A DNA stretch of 18,196 nt from Leptolyngbyaceae cyanobacterium. Lineage in GTDB: Bacteria; Cyanobacteriota; Cyanobacteriia; Phormidesmidales; Phormidesmidaceae. Location of the stretch: contig CBDHHL010000036.1 in NCBI GenBank assembly GCA_965263355.1, forward strand, positions 1-18,196, in the 5' to 3' direction. Of this stretch, positions 1 to 7,761 are shown in pieces. Numbering within the stretch: the first letter of the stretch is position 1; every line of letters begins with the position of its first letter. The notes below the pieces were generated by a model. That model had not been told where the DNA came from. It did not search any database and saw only the letters and a program-made list of their open reading frames with translations. A program made the translations under genes and the position numbers.

Positions 1-2654
1 TGCTGTGCTTGCAGGTCGTTTAGCCGTTGTTGCGCATCCAGTTGTTCTAACGCGGCTTTTTTGGCTGCCTCTGCTTTTTTCTCGGCTGCCTCTCTAGCCG
101 CATCTTGCGCATCAATTTCACTTTCAATGCTTTCCAGCGTCAGGTCTGCTATCTCCTCCCTGGCTGCCCTAATCTGATCCGTAGCGTCTTTTTCAGAAAT
201 GACTTGCCGACTAGCGAAGTCTTCAATTTTTGCTATTTCCGCCTCACGCAGTTGGATTCTCTCCCGAATTGCATCAGATTCGATCTCACTGACCTGTGCG
301 TCAGCCTGCTCCTCAGAAATATTGCCAGCCGCTTGATTCTGCCGTACAGCCGCAATGCGGTTTTGTTGGGCAATGTCAATATTGGCCAGAGCTTCTTTTT
401 GGGCTTCTTCGAATTTTTTAGCGGCTTCTTCGTTGGCTTTAGCCCGTTCCTGTGCTGCCGCCTTGGCAGACCGCGTAGAATCGGCGGCTATCTGTTCATT
501 GCTGCTTCTCGCGGCTCTTACAAATTTATCCAGCTCATCTTGCTGTGGAACCGCGTTAGATATATCAATTTCGGGGGCGGCTACAGCTTCCTGGCCCCCA
601 AAAAAGCTATCAAACGCTGTCTTTGCAGTCCCAATGACTGGGCCAAATCTGCCAACATTTTCAACCGCATTCCGCAGCCCTGGGACGGAGCCAGATACTC
701 GCTCGACGCCATCAGCGATTGAGCCAAGCCCATCAACAACGTTACTGGCTACAGACACTATCGCCTGCAGTGCATCAGCCAAGACTCCCAGCCCTGAGGC
801 AACTGCTTCAGTGTCAACAAGTGACGAGTAAGTTGATCCTACCAATATCAAGGCATCGGCTACAGCTATGCCAATTTCTACTAAATTCCCCAGCGCTTCC
901 CCTGATGTCTCAATTCCCTCCGCAAATGCTTCTATATTTTCAGGGTTCTCTAGTGCTTGGCCTATTCGGTCAAGAACCGTAGCAACAGCCGATGCGCCAC
1001 TATCTGCTAAGCTCGCCAAAGCTTCCCCTAGTCGTTCTGTTAATTCTGGATTTGCACTTAAAGATTCAGCGAGTCGATCCCCAGCAGCACTCAAAATATC
1101 TAAAGCTTCTGAGCTATTGGCGGTTTCCTCTAATGTTGCGGTTAGTGTTTGGAGCCCAGCACCCAGCGCAGGCTCGAATGCTTTGAATAATTGCTCTTGA
1201 AACTGAGTGACCGTGTCCCCTAGGTTGGAGATTTGGCCAACGACCGTTCCTGACTGGGTTCCTAGTAGATCGAAGAATTTTCCGCCTTCTCCCGTGAGGC
1301 TAACAAATGCCTGCTCTAGCTCAGCAAATCCTATCTGGCCAGACTCAACTAGCTCGCGAACTTCAGATTCCGCCACTCCAAATTGAGCCGCGAACTCAGC
1401 GATAATCGGGACGCCTCTCCCTGTTAGCTGATTGATGTCTTCTGCGAACAATCGACCCTGGACCCTGGCCTTCCCATATATTTCAGCTAGTTCATCAAAG
1501 GGGACGTTAACCCCCGCCGCGACATTGCCTATAGCCTCTAACGTTGGGATTAATTCATTAGTATTAAATCCAAAAGCTAAAAGTTGCTGGCCAGCCGAAC
1601 GAATGCCAGGCAAGTCAAATGGTGTGGTCGCAGCGAAGTTTGACAGATCCTGTAGGACCGATTGGGCTTCCTCGGCTGAGCCTAAAATCGTAGTCAAGGC
1701 TGACTCTGCAGACCGTGCAGCCCCTCCGACCTGGAGCGTCTCGGAGACGAACCCAACGACTGCTTCAGCAGCGCCCCCAAACGCATCAACCAACCGGTCG
1801 ACCACCGCAAAAGCAGCCCCAGCCGCAAGCCCAGACAAAGCAGAGCTAAAAGATTTTGTTTCGTTCTCAGCTTTTTTGGCCGCATCGGCAGTGCTGCCTA
1901 GTTCTCGCTGCAGCCTGCCTAACGTCGCAGCCGCGTCATCCCCGCTAAGCCCCTCCAATGTTCTATCTAGCTGGTTTAGCTGAGCCCTCGCATCTCCTGT
2001 ATTGGCCTCTACTTTGATCCTGCGGGCTTCTAATTCATTGATCTTTGCTTCAAATTTAGCTGCTTCAGAATCAACATTGTCAATCGTCGCTTGCACTTTG
2101 ACGCGACGTGACTCAAGTTTTTCGATCCGAGCGTTAACATCTATCAGCTCGCGCTGAGCTTCCTCCGATTCAACATCCAACTCAAGCCGCACTGCATCAC
2201 GAGTTAACGCCTTAAGCCGTTCGTCAACAGCTTGCACTTCAGCCGCTGCAGCCCGCGCATTAACATCGACCTGAATCCTTTTGTCTCGGAGCCCTTGGAG
2301 TTGTGAGTCAAGCCTAGCTAAGTCAGCGTCCCCACGGGCAACTTTGAGTTCAACGTCGATCCGTTGACGCTGCAACCCTTCAATAGCCTGCTCCAACGTC
2401 AGTAGCTCATCTTTAGCTGACTGAACAGAACGAGACAACTGCTGAGTATTTGCGCTGAAATTAAACTCAGGGATTTGGATATTCGAGAAAGCATCCTGAA
2501 CAGTTCTAGCCGCTCTAGCTGCTGGGCCTGCATCAGGAATCTTTAGGTCAATATCGCCAATCCCAGCAAAGCGCTGCTCAAGCTGAGAGATAGCGCGATC
2601 TGCTGATGCGCGGTCAATCCCAACCTGAAAAATAACTCTGCCAGCGTTAACCAT
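1..2654 (-). CDS. Tape measure protein (5' part; runs off the left edge)
   Basis: Not in the ORF track because it has no stop in the window. The ATG at 2654-2652 overlaps the upstream TAA (TAATG) and reads MVNAGRVIFQVGIDRASADRAISQLEQ..., open to position 1 (>880 aa). It is Ala/Glu/Leu-rich and helical, contains the typical tape-measure segment LTTILGSAEEAQSVLQDLSNFAATTPFDLPGI...LAEIYGKARVQGRLFAEDINQLTGRGVPI, and lies directly after the tail chaperones. Confidence 0.95.
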   Translation of the reverse strand, partial: MVNAGRVIFQVGIDRASADRAISQLEQRFAGIGDIDLKIPDAGPAARAARTVQDAFSNIQIPEFNFSANTQQLSRSVQSAKDELLTLEQAIEGLQRQRIDVELKVARGDADLARLDSQLQGLRDKRIQVDVNARAAAAEVQAVDERLKALTRDAVRLELDVESEEAQRELIDVNARIEKLESRRVKVQATIDNVDSEAAKFEAKINELEARRIKVEANTGDARAQLNQLDRTLEGLSGDDAAATLGRLQRELGSTADAAKKAENETKSFSSALSGLAAGAAFAVVDRLVDAFGGAAEAVVGFVSETLQVGGAARSAESALTTILGSAEEAQSVLQDLSNFAATTPFDLPGIRSAGQQLLAFGFNTNELIPTLEAIGNVAAGVNVPFDELAEIYGKARVQGRLFAEDINQLTGRGVPIIAEFAAQFGVAESEVRELVESGQIGFAELEQAFVSLTGEGGKFFDLLGTQSGTVVGQISNLGDTVTQFQEQLFKAFEPALGAGLQTLTATLEETANSSEALDILSAAGDRLAESLSANPELTERLGEALASLADSGASAVATVLDRIGQALENPENIEAFAEGIETSGEALGNLVEIGIAVADALILVGSTYSSLVDTEAVASGLGVLADALQAIVSVASNVVDGLGSIADGVERVSGSVPGLRNAVENVGRFGPVIGTAKTAFDSFFGGQEAVAAPEIDISNAVPQQDELDKFVRAARSSNEQIAADSTRSAKAAAQERAKANEEAAKKFEEAQKEALANIDIAQQNRIAAVRQNQAAGNISEEQADAQVSEIESDAIRERIQLREAEIAKIEDFASRQVISEKDATDQIRAAREEIADLTLESIESEIDAQDAAREAAEKKAEAAKKAALEQLDAQQRLNDLQAQ

Positions 2655-3043
2655 TACTCAATTGCAGCTAATTTCATTTTGTCTAAATCAGTCATCTCAT
2701 CCACCCAGGCAGGGATGATGGAGCCGTTATGCAGCTCAACATACTTTTTCGCTAACTCAGGGCTAAAGTATTTATTTGCCTCTCGTTTTCTCTGGATAAG
2801 CTCATACTCGTTAAACCAGGTAGATTCTGGTTTTTTAACTCCATGAAGTTTCGCTGTCACTACTCCTAAGTTCGCTAATGGCCTTGATTGATATTCCAAG
2901 GTTTTCAGTCGCTCTTCTTCATGAGCAGCTAAAGCATCTGCAACTATGTGGACTGGGCAACGTCCAAAGTTTTCTTGGCTGAATAGTTTGACCCCTGGGT
3001 AGTAGAGCTGGAGCTTCCAGAATATATCTCCCCAGTTGGGGTC
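2654..3043 (-). CDS. C-terminal (gpT-like) part of the tail assembly chaperone, reached by -1 frameshift from the 3387 ORF
   Basis: The -1 frame is open from the slippery site (3051-3043) to TAA at 2656-2654 and reads DPNWGDIFWKLQLYYPGVKLFSQENFGRCPVHIVADALAAHEEERLKTLEYQSRPLANLG...LAAIE. It contains the track ORF 2654..2899, which has only a TTG start. Confidence 0.85.
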   Translation of the reverse strand, partial: DPNWGDIFWKLQLYYPGVKLFSQENFGRCPVHIVADALAAHEEERLKTLEYQSRPLANLGVVTAKLHGVKKPESTWFNEYELIQRKREANKYFSPELAKKYVELHNGSIIPAWVDEMTDLDKMKLAAIE

Positions 3044-3387
3044 TTTTTTTTGGCTGATTCCTCCTCTAATTCAACAATCTCTGGCTTGCCTTGAGCCCCG
3101 TAAAAAAACAAGTTAAACAACTTAGTCGTCAGGCCAACAGTAAGCTGAGCTGACACATCAGATTCACTAACCGATTCGTCAATAAGCCCCCTGAGCTTTA
3201 GCGAAAACATAACGTATCGCTTGGCTGCATCGACCGAAGAGATTGCGTGATCTTTCTTTAGTTCAGCCCACAGAACCGCTTCATCTACTAGTTGAGAGGG
3301 ATATATCGGCACATCAAATGATGTCGCGTCATCAATCTCAATCTTGACGTACGTTGGTTTTAGCTTCCAGGGAATCGGCTTGGACAT
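2944..3387 (-). CDS. Tail assembly chaperone (gpG-like), ~147 aa
   Basis: Lies between the tail tube and tape measure genes. The likely start is MSKPIPWKLKP at 3387 (track start 3447). It ends in ...EEESAKKKTPTG with an A8G slippery run. Confidence 0.85.
   Translation of the reverse strand: MSKPIPWKLKPTYVKIEIDDATSFDVPIYPSQLVDEAVLWAELKKDHAISSVDAAKRYVMFSLKLRGLIDESVSESDVSAQLTVGLTTKLFNLFFYGAQGKPEIVELEEESAKKKTPTGEIYSGSSSSTTQGSNYSAKKTLDVAQST
3043..3051 (-). other. Programmed -1 ribosomal frameshift site (AAA AAA AAG; heptamer A_AAA_AAG at 3049-3043)
   Basis: The minus strand reads GCC AAA AAA AAG ACC in the chaperone frame, and the -1 frame stays open for 129 codons to the stop overlapping the tape measure ATG. 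Confidence 0.85.
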
Positions 3388-3592
3388 AAGGCAAAAAAAT
3401 ATCAGTGTGGATCTGGTCTGTTTCTTGAGGAATCTCAACCATTCCATGGATGGTTTGCTCTAAGCGATTCCATAGCTCTTGAGTAGTTCCTGGCATGGAT
3501 TTGAGCCTCAGCCAAACAGCATTAGCCCAAATCCCGCCAGGTCGAACCTCACCAAGCACAAACACGTCACGGTTACTAAAAATCTTCATCAA
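3338..3592 (-). CDS. Hypothetical tail-module protein, 84 aa
   Basis: Its start overlaps the tail tube stop (ATGA, 3592-3589), and it fills the gap to the chaperone gene, overlapping it by 50 nt. Confidence 0.6.
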   Translation of the reverse strand: MMKIFSNRDVFVLGEVRPGGIWANAVWLRLKSMPGTTQELWNRLEQTIHGMVEIPQETDQIHTDIFLPYVQADSLEAKTNVRQD

Positions 3593-4299
3593 GTTTGAGG
3601 CTCGATGCGGTTAACAGCACCAGAGATGGTGAAAGTCGTATCTGCACCAACATTGGACCCATCCTGAGCGTTGGAGGTTAACCCCGTCAGGATTGCGATC
3701 GCCCAGTCGATAGGGCCTGTGCTAAACACGCTGCCATCGGGTGATGGCAATTCTCGCTCAATATATAACTTCTGGTTGTTGTCTTTGGCGTACTTAGCAG
3801 TAGCTACAAACGCGTCATAGTAGTTGTAGCCACCATTAACGGTTAATGTTCCTGAGCCCTCCCCGATGCTCACATCAGAAGTGCTGTGATCGAATGAGCT
3901 AAACGCTGTAGTCGCGACAGTCTCGGCTAAATCCGCTGACTGCCTGATTCTGCCTACGACTGGAAATACAGCTGTAGACCCTGTTGGGATAGTCTCATTA
4001 GCTGTTAGTTCAAGGCTAGTCCCTGCTGCGTTGTACAGAGTACGGACTTGGGCTAAGACAGAGGTTCCAGCAGGAGCAACAAACTCAAGCCATTGCCCAA
4101 CCTGGACAACGCTGTTGATGGCGGCTGACAACGTAGCTGTAACTGACTCAGCGGTTCCCTCGGTCGTGACATCCGTTGAGCCTGATGTGGTGAACGTTCC
4201 AGCTACGGGTCTAGCTGTGCTTCCCGTTGGGATAAGTGCACATCGAGGAATAACATTTTTTGCTTGGGGCGGAGTGAACGGTTGTCCAGCAGCAGGCAT
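3589..4299 (-). CDS. Major tail (tube) protein
   Basis: 236 aa, Thr/Ala/Gly/Val-rich and beta-type. It has a GGAG RBS, sits upstream of the chaperone and tape measure genes, and ends in a tube-like C-terminus (...VGADTTFTISGAVNRIEPQT). Confidence 0.8.
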   Translation of the reverse strand: MPAAGQPFTPPQAKNVIPRCALIPTGSTARPVAGTFTTSGSTDVTTEGTAESVTATLSAAINSVVQVGQWLEFVAPAGTSVLAQVRTLYNAAGTSLELTANETIPTGSTAVFPVVGRIRQSADLAETVATTAFSSFDHSTSDVSIGEGSGTLTVNGGYNYYDAFVATAKYAKDNNQKLYIERELPSPDGSVFSTGPIDWAIAILTGLTSNAQDGSNVGADTTFTISGAVNRIEPQT

Positions 4300-4311
4300 G
4301 ATTAATTTCTC

Positions 4312-4566
4312 CTATTTATGGTCAAAACTAGAAAACGTTGGAGTTTGAGTCTGAGTAGGCTGGGTTTGCGCTATTGAAGCTTGATTCAAGGGCAGGCAAG
4401 CGGTAGCTCCCTCAGGGATATCTTTTAGAGCAATAATTCTGAGTAAGTTCGATACTGGCAAAAGCTCAATGCTAGCTGTCGCGATAAGTTGCCCTGTAGT
4501 TGGGTCTAAAAATCCTAAAACCAAGGTTGGGTCTGTAATTTCTTTGTTTTGCGGCTGTGATGGCAT
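4312..4566 (-). CDS. Hypothetical tail-associated protein, 84 aa
   Basis: Tightly packed between the putative terminator gene (2-nt gap) and the tube gene (12-nt gap). It has a Q/T/P-rich linker ending in TFSSFDHK. Confidence 0.65.
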   Translation of the reverse strand: MPSQPQNKEITDPTLVLGFLDPTTGQLIATASIELLPVSNLLRIIALKDIPEGATACLPLNQASIAQTQPTQTQTPTFSSFDHK

Positions 4567-4568
4567 AG

Positions 4569-5012
4569 CTAAGACCTCGCGTTTTGAATGATTTCGAAAC
4601 TTTGTTGCTCAACTGACTGAATCCCAGCGTTCCTAACGATGCGTGGCCCTACAACGTCAATTAAGCTTGTTAATTCCTGTAGCAAAAGAGACCGCGCAGT
4701 TTTTACCGTGCTAGATAGGTCAAACTGCTTCAGCGTGATCCGTGTAGTGTGAGTTAGGAAATAGTCGCCAGGGGTCACCAACGGCTGAATATTGCTATCA
4801 ATCTCTGGCTCAATTACACATTCAAGCCCAGTGTGCTTAACAGGCTTTTGCTCCCAGGCTTTTCCGCCAACAGTTTTTACACTGCCATCATCGACAGTGA
4901 GCGCCTGGACCGTAACCTCTCTCCCACCCCGAACCATATATGTTTTGGTCCCTAACTCGCTGGCCAGTGCTGTTGCTATTCGGCTGCGGAGTTCTTGTAG
5001 GGTAATACTCAC
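4569..5012 (-). CDS. Putative tail terminator / tail completion protein
   Basis: 147 aa with an N-terminal helix (LQELRSRIATALASELG) followed by beta-rich segments. It occupies the canonical slot between the gp10-like gene and the tube gene and overlaps the upstream gene (GTGA). The call rests mainly on synteny. Confidence 0.55.
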   Translation of the reverse strand: MSITLQELRSRIATALASELGTKTYMVRGGREVTVQALTVDDGSVKTVGGKAWEQKPVKHTGLECVIEPEIDSNIQPLVTPGDYFLTHTTRITLKQFDLSSTVKTARSLLLQELTSLIDVVGPRIVRNAGIQSVEQQSFEIIQNARS

Positions 5013-5410
5013 GCATACCTCCTGACGCTATCGCCAAATAACTCAGTAGGGTCTGTAATTTTATGGGCTTCTGCTACTGGGTTGCGGGCGGGGAAGCTGT
5101 TCCCTGCAGTGGTTGTATAGCCAAAAAAGATTTGTGGGGCATAGTCCACACTGCCCCCTCCCCAGCTAAATTCCGCTAAGAATGGATTAATGAATCGATA
5201 TTCTTGAGAGTCGCGGAATGCCCCCAGATCAACGATATTCCTAGTTGTCCCAGCGCGTTCTCCTGACCGTCGGAGTGTTTCTCCTGGCCACCCATAGCGA
5301 GGGGATTCGATGGCAGTCGTATACGCCTGATCAAGTTCGCGGGCTGTGTCCTTCAGTCCGCTAATCAGTGCATTGTAAATAGCTGGTTGGTTGATGAGTA
5401 CAGTAGCCAT
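5009..5410 (-). CDS. Putative neck / tail completion protein (HK97 gp10-like)
   Basis: Contains RNIVDLGAFRDS, VDYAPQIFFGY and FPARNP, which resemble the PVDTGxLRxS / YAxxVExGT / xxARPF pattern of HK97 gp10-like proteins. The start is either 5410 (MATVL) or 5416. Confidence 0.7.
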   Translation of the reverse strand: MATVLINQPAIYNALISGLKDTARELDQAYTTAIESPRYGWPGETLRRSGERAGTTRNIVDLGAFRDSQEYRFINPFLAEFSWGGGSVDYAPQIFFGYTTTAGNSFPARNPVAEAHKITDPTELFGDSVRRYA

Positions 5411-5473
5411 GAACACAGCATGGCTGAAGATCCTGCCATTAAGTTAAAATTCCAGATATCCTGGAAAATCGCA

Positions 5474-5812
5474 ATGGCTAACAAAGAGATTAGAGCGACC
5501 GGACTATCTGACGCGGTATGTGATCGCTGGCAACAAATATCAGACCTCGTAGGCGGGAGTACTAATAGCGCAACGATGACTGCTGTTGTTAATCTCATTT
5601 ATCTGCTGTATTTCTCTAGCCGATGGGAGGATGTCCAGCGAAAAGCAGCCACACTGATAACAGCACAGTGGGCCAACAGAAACCAAGAAATTGTCCCAAT
5701 GCATCCGTCAGAAGTGAAACGCGTTTCTATGGATGCGAACAAGACGCTGGTCTATACTCTCGGGCAAGGGGAGCCCTATGTACTGAGCAAAGAGGCATGG
5801 GAAAGGGGCTGA
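5474..5812 (+). CDS. Hypothetical protein with a possible N-terminal ribbon-helix-helix domain
   Basis: The likely start is MANKEIRATGLSDAVCDRWQQISDLVGGSTNSATMTAVVN (strand-helix-G-helix pattern). The track start at 5387 would overlap the divergent gene. Confidence 0.5.
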   Translation: MANKEIRATGLSDAVCDRWQQISDLVGGSTNSATMTAVVNLIYLLYFSSRWEDVQRKAATLITAQWANRNQEIVPMHPSEVKRVSMDANKTLVYTLGQGEPYVLSKEAWERG

Positions 5813-5836
5813 AGTCACGACTAATAGGATAAAACC

Positions 5837-6238
5837 ATGACCTGGATTGCCAAAAACACAGGCGCAACCGCCGTTGATATCACATTCCGATTAGCCAGGG
5901 CGATCTCTGACGATGGCGAAGGCGGCGCGCCGTCTGGCTCTAGTTCGTTGGTCATCCCAGTGCGCCTAGTGCCAATCACTGGGGCGAATGACGCTAACAA
6001 CATCATCCAAAACCAATTCCCTGGAGCAAATACCTATGACTATCTGTTCTGGGGCTGGATAAACGATAGACGGAATTATAAATTCCCCAAAGAACTTAGG
6101 CAGCAGCAACGGCCTATCGGGGAATGCACACTCCCTGACCTAGGCAGTGGTCGAATTGAGTGCAGTATTGGCCTATACAATCCAACCGCAGCTCAGAAGA
6201 TCGGGGAAAAGTTCACAGCAATCTGGACTAGGGCTTAA
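5837..6238 (+). CDS. Hypothetical phage protein, possibly head-closure/connector-like
   Basis: 133 aa with an AGGA RBS and a beta-rich pattern (VDITFRL...DDGEGG...SLVIPVRL). The size and the DxxG loop are compatible with head-closure proteins. The function is weak inference. Confidence 0.5.
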   Translation: MTWIAKNTGATAVDITFRLARAISDDGEGGAPSGSSSLVIPVRLVPITGANDANNIIQNQFPGANTYDYLFWGWINDRRNYKFPKELRQQQRPIGECTLPDLGSGRIECSIGLYNPTAAQKIGEKFTAIWTRA

Positions 6239-6297
6239 TACTCATCAAGCCAATAAGCCTTAGCCATGCTATTATTCCTTTAAGATATTTGCTTGAC

Positions 6298-6332
6298 AAA
6301 GCACCGTTTGGCTTCTCCCCTGACGGCGCTTT
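6298..6332 (-). terminator. Hairpin/terminator-like element after the HTH-GIY-YIG gene
   Basis: Minus strand AAAGCGCCGT-N15-ACGGTGCTTT (10-bp stem, one G.U pair), with A/T tracts on both sides. It could act bidirectionally. Confidence 0.6.
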
Positions 6333-6908
6333 TTATTTTAGATTCGCTTTGGTTGCTCCTAGATTAAATATCGTTTTTTCTATGCCTACAACCTCACTTT
6401 TGGGAAGCAGGAACCACTCACCATCTTGTCGATATTGGCTAAATTGCTCATGAGCCAAGTTTTCTAGTTCGCCCATATCGCCGCACTGAATTGCGACCAA
6501 CAAGGTTACCTTGTCCCGCCTTTGATTGTTTATCGCTTGCGCCCTCTTTTTTGGGTTTTTGCTTGAGCCAATTTTATAAAGACCTGTTCCGCTTTCCTCT
6601 AGCACATAAACAAACCCTGGCTTCCCCCTTTGGGCAAGTGTTGGTCTTGGAAGTTTGCTCCATTCAGGGATTAGCCCTGCAGCGATTAGTTCGTTTAGCC
6701 CATTCTTGCACGACTCTTTCCCAGCAGGCGAGCACTGGCCGAGGTGGTCAATGACATCGCCCTTTGTTTTTGTCAGCAGGTCCGGCTTAGAGAGAATGTA
6801 GGCCATCATCCCCCGAGCTTTAAGTGAAAGATTCTTCTGTCGGATCAGCTCATTACTTATGGCCGTCCCGCCGTCACCTACCGGATATCCAAGTTGTGTT
6901 ATATTCAT
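6333..6908 (-). CDS. HTH (phage replication-initiator-like N-terminus) fused to a GIY-YIG T5orf172/MUG113-like domain
   Basis: The N-terminal part reads ISNELIRQKNLSLKARGMMAYILSKPD...LNELIAAGLI. The C-terminal part reads PGFVYVL...YKIGSSKNPKKR...LENLAHEQF...GEWF. The start MNITQ at 6908 has an AGGA RBS (track start 6917). Confidence 0.85.
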   Translation of the reverse strand: MNITQLGYPVGDGGTAISNELIRQKNLSLKARGMMAYILSKPDLLTKTKGDVIDHLGQCSPAGKESCKNGLNELIAAGLIPEWSKLPRPTLAQRGKPGFVYVLEESGTGLYKIGSSKNPKKRAQAINNQRRDKVTLLVAIQCGDMGELENLAHEQFSQYRQDGEWFLLPKSEVVGIEKTIFNLGATKANLK

Positions 6909-6931
6909 AGGTAGCATTCCTATTGATTATC

Positions 6932-6974
6932 AAAAGCACCGAGCACATGGGCCGCTAACCCGCTCGGTGCTTTT
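6932..6974. terminator. Perfect 13-bp inverted repeat (terminator/attenuator-like) in the leader of the HTH-GIY-YIG gene
   Basis: AAAAGCACCGAGC (6932-6944) / GCTCGGTGCTTTT (6962-6974), with an inner GGG-CCGCTAA-CCC mini-stem. Confidence 0.7.
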
Positions 6975-7165
6975 ATTTTAGCCTATTTGCATTGCCGATG
7001 AATCGCGTACGTCTCCCCGATTCCCCAGGTCCACGACGCAACAGTAGGCCTAGGCCACGGTATGGCACGGTGAAGCCTCCCCCATGGTCGATGCCTGGTT
7101 ATCTGTTCGTAGAGAAGCCTGAGGGTGGTTGCTGGTGGATTAGAGAGGATATTTGCGAGAAACAA

Positions 7166-7195
7166 AAACCGCCAAGCTTTTAGGCTCGACGGTTT
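7166..7195 (-). terminator. Probable intrinsic terminator downstream of the RHH gene
   Basis: Minus strand AAACCGTCGAGC-ctaaaa-GCTTGGCGGTTT (two G.U pairs) followed by TTGTTT, about 25 nt after the stop at 7220. Confidence 0.65.
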
Positions 7196-7219
7196 GGGAT
7201 TGATTCAGTTGACTTTGCT

Positions 7220-7423
7220 CTAGGGAGAAAGATAGGCCGAAATAGCGTCATTTATGAGCTGGCTTAGGCTTAATCCCAGCTCTGTTGCCTTGCTATTTGC
7301 CTTGGCTTTTAGCTGAGTGTCTAACATGATGTTAGTCCTTTGCCTGCGTTCGCTTCCTATCGGCTTTGCCCCGGCGTTGCGGGGATTGCGGGAATTATGT
7401 GTGGCCATATAATTAAAATTCAA
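7220..7423 (-). CDS. Ribbon-helix-helix (CopG/Arc-like) DNA-binding protein
   Basis: RNAGAKP arm followed by RQRTNIMLDTQLKAKANSKATELGLSLSQLINDAISAYL, a canonical RHH pattern. The start is 7423 or 7408. Confidence 0.85.
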   Translation of the reverse strand: MNFNYMATHNSRNPRNAGAKPIGSERRQRTNIMLDTQLKAKANSKATELGLSLSQLINDAISAYLSP

Positions 7424-7731
7424 TATTCAATGTCAAACTGGTTTCCACCGTCATAAAACTCCGGCGCTCTCCATGCGTCATCGTCTAGGCTTAAGCCCAG
7501 CTCGATAAATGCCGCCTCAATCGCCTCTTCAAAAGAACAGTCTCTAAAGACAGAGGACTTCCAACGCGTGGCTCCACGGCTCTGCTCAATGCAGTTCTTA
7601 ACAATCGAGGAGAAAGACTCACAATCCTCACCACCCCAGTCAGTTGAGTTAAGCAGCGCACGTTCTTTAGCGGCAAGCTTTGCTGACTGCGTTTCAAAAA
7701 TCAAAGCTTGCGCAAGATCGTTATTCATCAA
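7420..7731 (-). CDS. Hypothetical acidic protein, co-transcribed with the RHH gene
   Basis: About 102 aa, with a GGAG RBS upstream and a 4-nt overlap with the RHH ORF. Confidence 0.7.
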   Translation of the reverse strand: MMNNDLAQALIFETQSAKLAAKERALLNSTDWGGEDCESFSSIVKNCIEQSRGATRWKSSVFRDCSFEEAIEAAFIELGLSLDDDAWRAPEFYDGGNQFDIEY

Positions 7732-7761
7732 AGCAACTCCGTTTTCCTCAATTACTCTTTT

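Noticed and set aside
105..1983. Several long plus-strand ORFs (105..722, 355..831, 719..982, 868..1200, 992..1186, 1432..1983) and the minus-strand 1694..1885
   Set aside because: They are shadows of the tape measure gene, which occupies 1-2654 on the minus strand.
4529..5061. 13-bp repeat GGGTCTGTAATTT (4529-4541, 5049-5061) encoding ITDPT in two tail genes
   Set aside because: A few 13-mer repeats are expected by chance in 18 kb, and there is no extended similarity.
4031..5598. ORFs 4031..4348, 4792..5025 and 5365..5598
   Set aside because: They are antisense overlaps of better-supported genes and have no recognisable motifs.
6983..7183. ORFs 6992..7183 (+) and 6983..7165 (-)
   Set aside because: Both are short and Pro/Arg-rich with no RBS or motif. 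One could be real or a remnant, but I cannot support either.
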